Source: Laetmonice hystrix (lineage: Eukaryota). Taken from it: a DNA stretch of 64,000 bases. The position numbers and the translations under genes are program-made. The stretch spans positions 40,860,001 through 40,924,000 of the forward strand of contig OZ249436.1 in assembly GCA_965235115.1 (NCBI GenBank). Reading direction: 5' to 3'. The notes beneath the pieces are model-generated. The model had not been told where the DNA came from. It saw only the letters and a list, made by a program, of their open reading frames with translations, and searched no databases. Of the stretch, positions 42,108 to 54,308 are shown in pieces (the first letter of the stretch is position 1; each line of letters begins with the position of its first letter).

Positions 42108-44472
42108 CCGTGACCCCGTGGGCCTCAGAGGCAAAAACACAATATTTCACCATAATATCTTCTGCATTAGCAAGTCAGAGCTTTAGGTAATTGGTTGCTA
42201 AGGAGATTTAATGTTTTCATCACTGTTACTAGGTAACAAGATGGCTTTACTATATCAAGATGCCCATTTAATTCCTTGTAGCCTTGATATTTCAAATCGT
42301 TTCATTTAGATTATATATAATTACATGACTGGTTGTTATGAAGACATAAAAAAATAGATTTTTGCTAAGCAACGAAACCTTTACAGCTCAAAATGTAGCT
42401 AAGGAAATAAAAGATTTTGATTTATCATGCGGAATTCTGTCACAAAAGGCAAATTACCGCTTGTTCTCACGACTAACATGACTCTAGTGAGCTGATTCCA
42501 GTGGGCTATGTGACTATGGTGGCAGTTGCTAGGAAGATCATGTGAATTACTCATCTGTTACTAGGCAACAGAATGTTTTGGATGCAAACCAAGGTTGTCA
42601 TAACAATCTATGATAGTATTTTGTCTACTTGGGAAGCAGAAGTGTTCAGCAGAAGGCGTTAATATTGAAATAAAAATGCAGTTAATGGGATTATATCATT
42701 AGTTGCTAAGGAGCTGTAACATTTCAAAGCTGGTTGCTAGGCAACAAGATGGCGCTACCTAAAATTCAATATACTCATTTTACTCCTTTATTGTAGTTTA
42801 ATGTTATTTCAAGAAGTTTCGTGTAGCTTATGTATATTTAGGAAACCGGTTGCTAAGGAAATATGCAAAAATTAAGTGGTTGCTATGGATGCAAATTAGG
42901 CACTATTCGACCACTTAGATTCTTCTAGACTTTTAATATATTATTCTATGGACAATTCTGATATTAATGGCGATAAAATAATTTCTGTTGCAATTTGTGC
43001 TGGGTTGACCATTTTTTTATCGTAGAATGACTGGACTGCCATGGCCGTAGTGACTTTTAAACCATGTATGCTATAACTATACCGACAAAAAAGCTTTCCA
43101 AACCATATAATGAAATGACCTTGAACCAAGTGGGAGATGACCTTGACCTTTAATTCAAGGTCATGTCCCTCTTGCTTGGCGCAGAGCCTAAAACCTGTAC
43201 CTTATCTGCCGAGTCAGGCACCAGGCCGATAATCTTGTAGGATTGGTCTCATTTGAAAGATATCCAGTATAGTCTACATGGTTGCCATGGTAACCATCCA
43301 CAGAGAGACTATATATCTAGGGAAACATGTATATTTTCCATAAATATATTACACTGCCTTATAAAACCTTTTGTGTTTACCCAAATTCAAAATAGTCCCA
43401 CACAGCCCAGGCAAATGGACAGAAAATGGGTATAAAGCATCAGATTTAGCGCTTTTTGAGATCCTGCACATCTTTCGTTGCCAGGGGATTTGCCATAGTT
43501 ACCGAGGCTTGATGGCCAAACGTGATGACATGGCAACTGGCAGGCTCCGTCACGTTCTGACTGTTATCAAGCTTATAGAATTGGGCCTCATTTTTTTTAA
43601 TGAGATGAAACGTTCTCATGTTATAACTAAATTTTAGCCTTTTTAAACGGATGTTTTGGTTCAAATGACCGTGACCTTGGGGTCAAAGGTCAACAAATTA
43701 TATTTTTCTGGAAAGCCCCTTCGGACGTCTAATAATATACCAATTTGGAGATTCATAGCTTTATTAAGTTTAGAGTGAGGGGGAAATATGTTTATTTTTT
43801 AGGAACCCCTATTTTTGTGTGACCTTTGACCTTTGACCCCTGCGTTCGTGACCTTAGCACAAGAATAGAGCTTGACCACCACCCTAGCAGGACGCAGGAT
43901 ATTGCATAGAATAATTTTGACATGGTGGTTGCTTTTGCTCTCTCCGGTAGAACAAAACTCAATTTTTTTGGTTTCGCCTCCCTACTATGATATTACGGTC
44001 AGGTTTCTTTGGTAACGAAGAATTTCCCATGGCGCCATGAACATAATTACATACTTGCCAAACTTCCGCATTCTACGGAATCTTTCCGCATTTGAATGAT
44101 GTACGTATTCCGCACTCCGCATTTTTCACGCAATTTACAAAAGCTGAGCCATTCCGTTATAACACTGGACAGGGAGAGAGAGAGAGAGAGAGAGGGGGGG
44201 ACAGGGAGCGGGGCCTCAGGGATTGCCCCTGGCGGAGCTCTGATAAACTAAAGTAAACCAGTCAATAAACCAGGTTTGGCTTCCGGGCAGGCTCGGGCTG
44301 TGATTGACGTAACATACCTGTGATGGACAATTTATAGTTTCACTGTCCACTGTGGCAGATGCTCAGTTATTGTGGAGAATATCCTTCCGGCTCTTACGAG
44401 ACAAGATATTTAGAGGAAATGTTATTAGTACTTGGAGCAGCTGATCATATACTGTGGGTATCTTTGCCTTAA

Positions 44473-44907
44473 AGGCAGGGACAACACCCACGGCAAATAA
44501 GATTTCGTAGACCAAATGAGCATTTTCCCCTAGGGCAATAAATGCCACAATTGCGTTGTCTTAATGAAGTAATTAATGTGTAACCGCCCGATATGTGACG
44601 CCGCTGGTTCTTACCTTGACCTTCTTGTGTGTTCATCGGATCCGAATGCTGCACACCGCGGCGTATTGCGTAACATTACGTGTTACTCTGCTCACAGACC
44701 TTGTCTACACGATGTTTGGAGTCCCAACGTTTGTAAACGTCCGAGGTAATGAAAAGACAAGCAAAATCAGCGGCGTCACACATCGGGCGTTTACACGTTA
44801 ATTACTTCATTCAGACAACGTAATTGTGGCATTTATTGCCCTGAGGTAAATACTGGTGTTTCATTTGGTCTACGAAACCTTATTTGCCGTGGGTGTTTTC
44901 CATCCCT
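44473..44907. mobile_element. Kolobok-like MITE (TTAA TSD, AGG...CCT ends, ~140-bp TIRs)
   Basis: TTAA at 44469-44472 and 44908-44911. Arms AACACCCACGGCAAATAAG.TTTCGTAGACCAAATGA...GGGCAATAAATGCCACAATT...GTGACGCCGCTG are mirrored at 44767-44897. Confidence 0.88.
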
Positions 44908-45211
44908 TTAAGGTTATGTAAATCGTGCCTCCATAATATAATATAGTTCCGTAAGTATTTCAGCGGTAAAAGCTTTTCTGTGAATTTAAGGAAATTCATC
45001 AACGTATCAAGCTCAACGTACACATAAAATATGTATAACCTTGGTAAATACAGTGACTTTTTATTTTTATTTTTATTTTTTTTATTAATTTGTTTATCCA
45101 GGCAATACACTGTTCATCCTACAAGGGTTGATCTTCCACAGCAGCCTGCTGGGTAGTTTTCATAGTACACATAATCATATACAGTATAATCAAAATTACG
45201 TATACGTTAAC

Positions 45212-45296
45212 TGTCTTAATGAAATAATTAACGTGTAACCGCCCGATATGTGACGCCGCTGGTTCTTACCTTGACCTTCTTGTGTGTTCATCGGAG
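45212..45296 (+). repeat. Partial direct copy of the Kolobok-like MITE interior (44556-44640)
   Basis: TGTCTTAATGAA.TAATTAA.GTGTAACCGCCCGATATGTGACGCCGCTGGTTCTTACCTTGACCTTCTTGTGTGTTCATCGGA occurs in both places. Confidence 0.9.
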
Positions 45297-46166
45297 TCCT
45301 TGACTGTATACGTTAGCTGTATGGAAGTGTTCGTGACGAGCGTTTGATTTGAGTGAAAAGCCATGTTTGTTGAACACTTTTTCACCTTGATCATGCTGTT
45401 TCTCGGCATGTTGGTCTGATCTTGGCTGAAAGCAGCATTCTGTAATCATGAATGTTACTCCTCACGTTACCAGCGTTGTTTACTGTCGTGCTGACGGCCT
45501 CAGTGTATGACATATTATGCGGTCTGTGAGAGTATATATAGGAGCTAGATCTGATTCCATAGATTACGACTAAAAATGGTGTAATAATTCAGCTGAAATA
45601 TAGGCTAACTGCCGCCTAAGGTATTTAAGCCTGGTGATGTAAAATTGTCTTTCGTCCAACGAACTATAGCGGAATGCTTTAGGACATGGGGCAGGGGTGT
45701 CGGAACAGGGGAGGGAGCAAGGGGGTTATTTCCCCCAATACGTAGATCCGCCCCTGTCAAGGCATGGGCTGATCAGAGATGGACGGCTCCTGGCTTCAGG
45801 CTTACCCCCCCCCCCCCCCCAACTGTCATAGCTTCCGATACCCAGCTGCATGCGCACATTGTTCCTATGTGTAATGCTGTATGCTGACTTTCGGTTTTAC
45901 CAATGTGTGGGAGATGCTATGGACGGAATGCATCCGCACTCGGTCCTACAGGAGTGGTGAAAACTCTGAGACTGTGGACGGAAAGGTATAAAGCAGTGAA
46001 TCGTGCCGATTGTGGGGCACAATTACAACTACTCAGTGTGTGTCTCTGTGAGATATGAAGTGAATCGTTGTATTCTTCCGCAGGATTGGACATTTTGGCG
46101 CCCAACTCCATGTTGACAACCCCAGGTCCTGGGTCTGTGCCATGTTGTCATGTCCAGGGCCCGGTA

Positions 46167-46621
46167 GGCTGAGTTCACATAGGAGTATACGGTATACGGT
46201 ATACGGTATTCGCTATTCGGTATTCGCTATACGCTATACGGGCACGGCGAGTCACGCCTGCCAGTGTCTTAATTCCCGACATGAATTGAAAGGTGCCCCC
46301 CTGCCCCTCCCCTTGAACTGATTTCTTTGAAATTTTCAGAGTCAATACCACTATATATCGGCCCTTAGATCTGAAAATTTAGTTAAAAAATATCAAGAAC
46401 TGTGTAAATGCTGAACTTTTAAACACAGGTACCCCAAGGTATACGCTGCACTAAAATCGAACACGCACGATTCCCACTATACTATACTATACGCCTTTTC
46501 GAATAGTGCCCTCTGATGTGACCCGGTATTATAAGATCCTATTGTACGATTTAAGCTATTCGCGTGCCCTGAAAAACGTGCACCGTATACCCGTGCCGTA
46601 TACTCCTATGTGAACTCAGCC
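46167..46621. mobile_element. PIF/Harbinger (Tourist-like) MITE
   Basis: Perfect 26-bp TIR GGCTGAGTTCACATAGGAGTATACGG (46167-46192 and 46596-46621). Flanks GTA and TTA. Subterminal 7-bp TATACGG/TATTCGC tandem repeat. Confidence 0.88.
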
Positions 46622-49499
46622 TTATGTTCTGGAACCGCAAACCACAAGAGAAACCAAGACGTATAATATCATCATTGTGACTGTCAACGCATCATATTGT
46701 CTAAATGAAACCAGGAAGTGAATGAAAATGGAAACCATTAAATTCCAGGTCCTAAAAACATGATAGAGACTACAGTATCAGCATGAGTAGGGCCTAGAAA
46801 GTCAGCATGAGCAGATCCAGGATTGTTTTCGTCCCGAAAATGGTAAAAGTATTAAAGAGGATGACTACGCGCTGGTTTTGCCTTTAAAAAAGTCAAATAC
46901 AACGTAGTAAGATAGACTGTTGGACTGTAATTATTGTGCAGTAACATATATTTTGCACTCAAGCCTGTCGAATTCCATGTTTAAAGCAAATACCGACTAT
47001 CTCTTCTTTTAATGACTCCAAAATGCAGACATGGGCTGTTAGGTTAGATAAGGCATTAGACTACATAAATCAATAAATGTATACCCACAGAAACAGGGAA
47101 ATCTAATAAAATTCAACATTCCAGTTGCCTATTATCGCTATGAAGCGATCGTCTAATGGCTGGCTGTTGACTTGAACAGCAGATGAAATTCATCGTGCAA
47201 TAAACCGACCCCTCCTAAACGGGCAGAGGTCCACACTTTCGTTCAAAGAAGAATTAATGTTCGTCGTGAACAGGCCTACTTGGGATGGCAGATAAAATAA
47301 TTGTAAACCAATTGTAAACCAATAAATCATTAAATTAAGATTACCGCGAGGAGAAACTTTAGGTCTTAGATCTAATGCCTATTCTGGCTGGGATATATAC
47401 TTTTGAAGAATGCTCGTTTGACAGATTTTTCAACGTTTTAAGCGTCGTAGGCCTATGGCATTATAAGGCCATAGAGTCTTGATGGAACCGTAGACATAGA
47501 TCTATCTACCTAATCGTTATCCTTAAGATTACTGACACAAACAGGTCTAAATGTATCGAATCGTTTTATGGTCTTTAGTTAGAAATGACACTGACTTTAG
47601 CCTACTTAATGTAGTCGACGGTCTTTCCTAAATTTATTTTTCCTTCTTTCTTTCTTCAATTTGTTAGGTATAGAGTCTAGGCCCAGTTGTGCAAGTGGGA
47701 CTGCCATTCAAGATATTTTATTCTTAGCATTGTTTGTAATTTGATATGGGCCATGGCGCAAATAGGGCACTTTTGCTGTGCACGCAAGAACTCGGCCCGA
47801 CAGCGGTTTCACGGTTTGTCGCTAGATGGCGTTCAGTGCACAAGGCTAGGTGGCGCTGTGGTCACCGTAAGTAAACCAAGGTATACATTGCTGATAGCAG
47901 AAGTTCATAAAGATAATTTGTTATATCATGACGGAGAAAAACAAAGGTTCCCACTCCTAGATAAATGAAAATAGCAAGCTTGGATACTTTATCCGAGACC
48001 TTTTCGACATTATCTTTCAGTCTGTTTATGACAAAATAAAATCGGGGAAGATTTGCACGTGCAGTCTTGATTAGTTGGATACGTAAGGAGGTTGGCACTT
48101 TCTGGTGTTCATTAAATCAATGAACTCACCTTTCTCCTCATTCCGCGTCTAAATCTTTCGTCTTTTACTTAAGATTTCCGTGATAACACTGAGCAGGACC
48201 GTAAATAAACTTTGTGTAGGCCTGATGTCAATCATGATCTCAAAATTCGAGTCAATAAAAAAAATATTTCCGTGGGGAGGAACATGACCGACAATGAGAC
48301 GAATTTAATCGGTGTCGGCGAAGAAAATTGGCGTCGCCAAGAGTTTGACCACAATCCTGTAATCAGCCGACTTTAACAAATACATGTAGGTCAATTGGAG
48401 GCCGGCTGGCCTCGTCAGTGTTACCAAATAACGTTGATGTCCGTTCCTTGGTGTTATTTGAGGTAATTTGAGGTAAGGCGTTACCGCTAGGGGGCCGACC
48501 GGCTCGCCACCTTGTGGCGGCCAGATGACTGGCTACCGACCTCGCCACGTGGGTGCCAAGACTGGGGTGCCAAGGGGAGGGGGTTGTGTATGTTTGGTTT
48601 GAACCCTTTCAAGCAGAAAAAGGGAGGCCGGTCCTATAGTTTATTATGTGAACTCATTAATGCAATGTTCGTTATTTTCTTATTTTGTAGGCCTTTACCG
48701 ATTGATTCCCGTTCTGTACAATAATATTCACCATTAGCCTATTAATGTGTGGCCTGTGTCCCCTTTTTATTTCCACGGGACACATGCCTAATGCTAATTA
48801 CATTATTTTTTGTTTCCAGACAGCGGTGTGATGTGAGATGCATGGTGTAGGCTTACATAAGCTTACGTGAGACAGTTCTACCATGGGGATCAGAGAGACT
48901 GCCTCGAGTGAGTAGCATATTTTTTACCCTATGGCGGAATCAAGGGGGTTGAGCCCCCTCACAGTTTACTACATACAATAGGGGGTTCAATCATGCCATT
49001 ACTTTTTTATATATTTTTTTCAACATTGACGCTGTCCAGAACTGTATGCCTACTCGGAATAATGCCTAAATGAGTGAGTGCCTGTTTAGGGTATACACAT
49101 GTAGGCCTATAGGCCTATCATTTTTATCAAAGCTAAGGTGGGGGAGTTACTTAAGGGTCAAGCATTTTGAAAAAAAAATAAATCCAGAAATTTTTTGCCG
49201 GAGAGCCTGAAGTCTGATCTTTGGAGCCCCCATCATGACTGCTGCTAGTACACGGTTGCTTTTATCCGCTAGATGGCAGGACCGTGCTACCGCCCCATTG
49301 TGTATAGGCAACATGTAAATTTGCGTGGGGATGGCACTTTCCTTGCCACTGACAGAACTGTTTTTGAAGTTGACTAATATAGAGTAGACATGGCGTATCT
49401 ATAGGAAAAGTGGGGCGGGGCCCATGGCAAGTCAGAGTATACATGCTTTGCGCCCGCAATATTAGGTCGTGGGCATATTAATCTGAAAGACCCCCATTG

Positions 49500-50010
49500 T
49501 GATCAAAAGGGGACAATGCTGCTTGTTCTGCCTGTTCCTGTTTACACTTCCTTTAGTTCTGTTCCTATTTTCTGTGTAATCTCTGTGTCTCTTTGTTGTA
49601 CTCCATAGGCGTCTGCATCATCAGTGGCAAGCCCCTCTATTGCCATGTACAGTGGCCCCAGCGCCTTGTTCGTAGCTTTGTATAGTTTCTGTCATTACAC
49701 AACCACCAAGTTGTTGAAGGCTTTGAGATTGCAACGTTTCCCAATGCTGAGCTGTGGTGTTCTCAAGGCTGGTCCACTGATCAGCTGCATTAATCCAGAC
49801 TGTTGCTCTGCTGCAATACGTGCTGCTGCCTGCTTAGGAATCGCTGGGCCACCGTGCTTTACAAAGCCTTTCGTTTTCTAAGTCACGTTCTTGGTGATTT
49901 GTGTCAAGGAAGTGCCGATGTCATCCACTTTCTGTGGCTCCCTTTCTTGGCCCTCCCTCCATGCAGCATTGAAAGCCTTGATACAGTAGTCTTAGTAAAA
50001 GACATTATGC
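49500..50010 (-). pseudogene. Decayed ORF fragment resembling ORF1/gag of DIRS-type retrotransposons
   Basis: One minus frame with scattered stops reads DYCIKAFNAAWREGQEREPQKVDDIGTSLTQITKNVT*KTKGFVKHGGPAIPKQAAARIAAEQQ...KRCNLKAFNNLVVV**QKLYKATNKALGPLYMAIEGL. Resemblance judged by eye. Confidence 0.35.
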
Positions 50011-53000
50011 TCAACCCTCAACCAGGGGTAATTATTACTGTGTCGAGTTCTGTACTCTTCAGTGATATGGGGATAGAAATTCGCCCAGACTAGGCCTCGC
50101 CTAGGCCTACTGTCTTGTAACACATTAAAAAAAAATATATTACTCAACTCAGAATATAATTAGGCTCTAGATAAGTCTCGCACGAGGCCTATAACACAAC
50201 ATAGGCTTGGCCGGGGGGATAAGGGGGCTCCAACTTTCTTTTGTAATCCTATTATGATAATATTTATCATATATTGTAGATCTAGGCCTAATAATATGTT
50301 TTGGCCCAATGGGTATTAGTCCCCCTAAAATTCCTGGATCCGCCCATGGGTGGGGTGCAAACCATGCTGTGCACCCTCCCACCCCCACCCCCACCCCCAC
50401 ACACATTTAAAACTTGGGGGGGGGGCATAAAGATTCTATGTATGAAGCCCACTAATGATGCACTTTCCCCATAAGGTTCCCACATCACAGAGACGAAATG
50501 AAAATTTATTATCTTTCCTCTGTCATTAGTAAACACTCTAAATAATATATCAGACCTCTAACAGAGTAGATAGTCCGCGTTTCTATAGCTAGACGATTGA
50601 CATCAACTAAGCGATAACATATAGTCAAACATGGGTGGCCGTTGAGCTTCAGGGTGGTAAACACACAGTAAACTGGACAGACTTTACAGAACAAATAACC
50701 ATAATGTTTTTATTGACAAACAAACAGGGCGGTAAGTGCTGAAGTCACATCATCTTAAACTACGCATAGACCTCAGCGGTAATACAATCCTAGCACGGAA
50801 CTGTTAGGAAAACATTTTGAAGTGAGCATGTACTTTGACCGTGTAAATTACGTATACCTATATGTACACACCTCCACAATTGGTTAGGGAGTAGGTCCTC
50901 TGACCGTTGTAAAACGATATATACCTCAGTCGGAGGGGGTCACCCAGTGCACCCTCTCTGGTAATGGATAACCTCTTCTTACAAGCTCATATACATTATG
51001 AGAGCGAGTCAACATGATTGGAAGTTATGTAAACCTGGTTAGAACAGAGGAAAATGAAACGAAGATATTTGGATGTTGACATCTCTTCTAGGGTTTTAAT
51101 ATTTTGACCTTTCATTATTGTAGATGAGCAAACAATTGTACAATATTTTGAAAACCGTGATTACACGTATATCTCCCCGTGTCGTATCGTCTGTATCGGA
51201 CTCTATACAGAGCGTTAAAATAATGTTTATTTAGTTTGTACTAAAGTGAAGTTATAATCCAATCATTGTGATTAACTTGTCATTGGCCTGGTTATAAAAC
51301 TACCTTTTGACCATGGACGACGGTGAACGGTTTACAGTTCTCAGCAGTATTTAAGGTGCGGCCGTTAGGCTGAAGTCATTCCCAAGTAATTTCCTCTGAC
51401 GTCTTTATGTGAGGCAGTAGGTCGGTAAATTATGTGCCGGTTGATCTCTTGAACCTCACTCAGAATAATATGTAACCTTACTTTGAACTATGACTCGTGC
51501 TTTCCCATAGAGCCGAACATTTACAGGCAGGCAGTCTGAGGGAGCAGTGAGCACAGTGACGACCCAACAGGTGTAACATTACATTCTCACATATATACGA
51601 TATACAAAATGTATATTGTTCTGACCCGGGAATACCTTTAGTTCTGGCCGGCCACTCCCATCACATGGAGTTAAAGACTTGAACTCCTGACAATCCGATC
51701 CCTCTTAAATATATTTTATATATAAAAAAAATAATCATCTCCAAGTCGGAAATTAACAGGATCGTCCTGAAATATACCACCCTGGCAAGGAAAGTATACA
51801 TAAGGTCTAATAGATATTCAAAAAGAACTTGCTAAAGTAGTATGCCTGACAGGTAGACTTTAAATTGTCTTTACATCTATTGTGGGTGGGCCGAGTCAGT
51901 GATCTTTAGACTGGGAAGGTGACTAATGACTGTGGATCTTATGACCAGAGGTGGCGTTTTATTAGCATTAATTTGTATTTTAACACAGTTCGAGTGACGC
52001 TGCTGAGGTGAATGGTGGGAACGTTAACAGGAAATCATGGGGCTTTACAAACTCACCCTTAGCGACCTTCTTGACCTTTTGGGTAATATTTACATGTTAA
52101 TGCCATAATTATATGGAGATTTTCTGAATTGATTGAGGAAATCAACTTCAAAACACAGCGGTGGTTGTCTGAGAGACCGAAATCAAACTTAAGATTTAAA
52201 CGAAACTCTGGCAGTGGACATAATGGTTTGGCTGTGCAGGGTCAGAGGTTGTGATGCTATTGAAGTTTCACCTTACATAGAAAGTTCAGGGCCAGTTAGG
52301 GTGTCCTAATAACCATGGGATTGGGGCTGCTCACGTTACAAGCGGAATATGGGGGTTGAGGTGAAAAGTGCCGCGTTGTCCGTCAGATCATCAGGTTCAA
52401 CAGGCCTGCATAATGTACGATAGCATACCTTGGATTAGTCGCACGATTGAAGTCTTTTGAGAAATCTATAGAATTGGATTGAGCATTGGGATTCAGATAA
52501 AGTACGTCAGGCTTAAGACGATAATCGGGTTATCTGGGAATCCGTGGAGGATTTATCCCACGGCAGACAGGTGAGTGATGGTGTACCTATATTTAAATGG
52601 GACTCAGGTGTTTTAACCCCCCACGGTATCGGTTATTCCCGGTAGATATGGAAGTTGAAATATATTTCCCAATATTGACTGCCTGTCTCTGAGTGTTCGG
52701 AGACGAGTTGTACACAGAAAGGTTTGTGAGCACGTCGTCACGTAGATTTCTGGTTTAAGTTATATCCAAGTGAGTACTGATAAATTTGTTTTATTTTTTA
52801 TTTTTTGTTTACAATGTAATTTGCTTCGATCTTCGGATGGAAAAGTTTAGGTTCCTGGTAAAGGATATATAGAGTACTCCGGCTCCCGGTGTGGTCTGCG
52901 ACACGTTAGAAGGCTGTCAGGGTCGTTGATCGTGTACCCAGGATGCTTCGGAAAGACATCTCATACTTGTATCTAGAGATATCCACGTGTCCGTGGCACA

Positions 53001-53898
53001 TGTTTCTAATAGCTTCAATGAAAAAATACCAATCATTTTTAAATCAGTGTAAATGTGTGTATAGTGGACCTTTAGCTTACCTCTTAAGTAAAACTAGGGT
53101 ATAGAGAATTCATTTCTTTAGTTTTTCTAAAAACCACTGGTCAACAAATCAAAGTTTGTGACTAACATCCTGTAACACGTATACATCGTGACCTTGAGTT
53201 GACCTCTATTAGTACTTAGCCATACATTATATATCTCCCTGAGTTTCTTGACAGACAAGACAATAGCCAACCCTAAACCGGACACCCGTGTCCCGACCCC
53301 CGATTTAAGGGGTTCCCTTCATCTTATTGCCCTGCGGGTTTTTTTGGGTAGATTATTGATGACCTTTGGCTGTTACTGTTCACTATAGGTACCAGTGGTC
53401 AGCTGGTGGGGGCGCGGGCATTCATGGATTACTTATGGTGGGGATAAAGATTTAATAAATCCCGGATAAGCGTCTTGGGTTACCAGCGTATTTACTGCAT
53501 GGTTGGGTTTCACCCCTAAAACTGTCAAGCCATCTTAAGTTCGTGCCCTCCATTGTCTTACGCTTGCTCCTACATTTAGAGACAGACTTTGAATGTGCTG
53601 GAGACAGGGCAATTCTGCTGAGTTCCGTACCTTTCCGTACCGCCTGTAGGAGGCGGGAATTTTTATGTTAGGTGGCAGTTGTGAAGTTTGTTTTTGTGTC
53701 CGGAAGAATGGTCCAATTATGCTAGGCTGCTCGGAAAAAAGAGTAATTATACTTCCATGATGTATTCTACGTTATTTTGTGTTCACATTTTGTTTATTCA
53801 TATGAGGTTAAGATCGGCTTAGACAAGGAACTGTACAAGTTTGTCAACACATTTGTAATAAGGATTTATATATTCTTTGTCATCTTGGTCAAGATGCG

Positions 53899-54308
53899 GA
53901 CTAATCATTTAGTGAACTGTCTGACACTGATTAACACAATCAACAGGCAGGTTAGACGTAAGCCGTTGACTAATCATTTAGTGAACTGTCTGACACTGAA
54001 TAACACAATCAACAGGCAGGTTAGACGTAAGCCGTACTAATCATTTAGTGAACTGTCTGACAGTGATTAACACAATCAACAGGCAGGTTAGACGTAAGCC
54101 GTTGACTAATCATTTAGTGAACTGTCTGACAGTGATTAACACAATCAACAGGCAGGTTAGACGTAAGTTGTTGACTAATCATTTAGTGAACTCTCTGACA
54201 CCGATTAACACAATCAACAGGCAGGTTAGACGTAAGCCGTTGACTAATCATTTAGTGAACTATCTGACACTGATTAACACAATCAACAGGCAGGTTAGAC
54301 GTAAGCCG
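53899..54308. repeat. Tandem minisatellite, 69-bp unit, 6 copies
   Basis: Unit GACTAATCATTTAGTGAACTGTCTGACACTGATTAACACAATCAACAGGCAGGTTAGACGTAAGCCGTT (53899, 53968, ...). Confidence 0.97.

Larger units (their letters stand above)
36981..43987. mobile_element. 7.0-kb non-autonomous foldback DNA transposon with ~2-kb TIRs (Academ-like)
   Basis: Arms 36981-38959 and 41445-43987 are near-identical reverse complements; mirrored ORFs 37852..38040(+)/42941..43129(-) and 37315..37533(+)/43446..43664(-) confirm this. Termini TAGTAGG...CCTACTA with TGA on both flanks (36978-36980, 43988-43990). No transposase seen. The superfamily is inferred. Confidence 0.9.

Noticed and set aside
37315..43664. Mirrored 62-88-aa ORF pairs as transposon genes
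   Set aside because: They are short, have no recognisable domain, and are duplicated only because they lie in the inverted arms.
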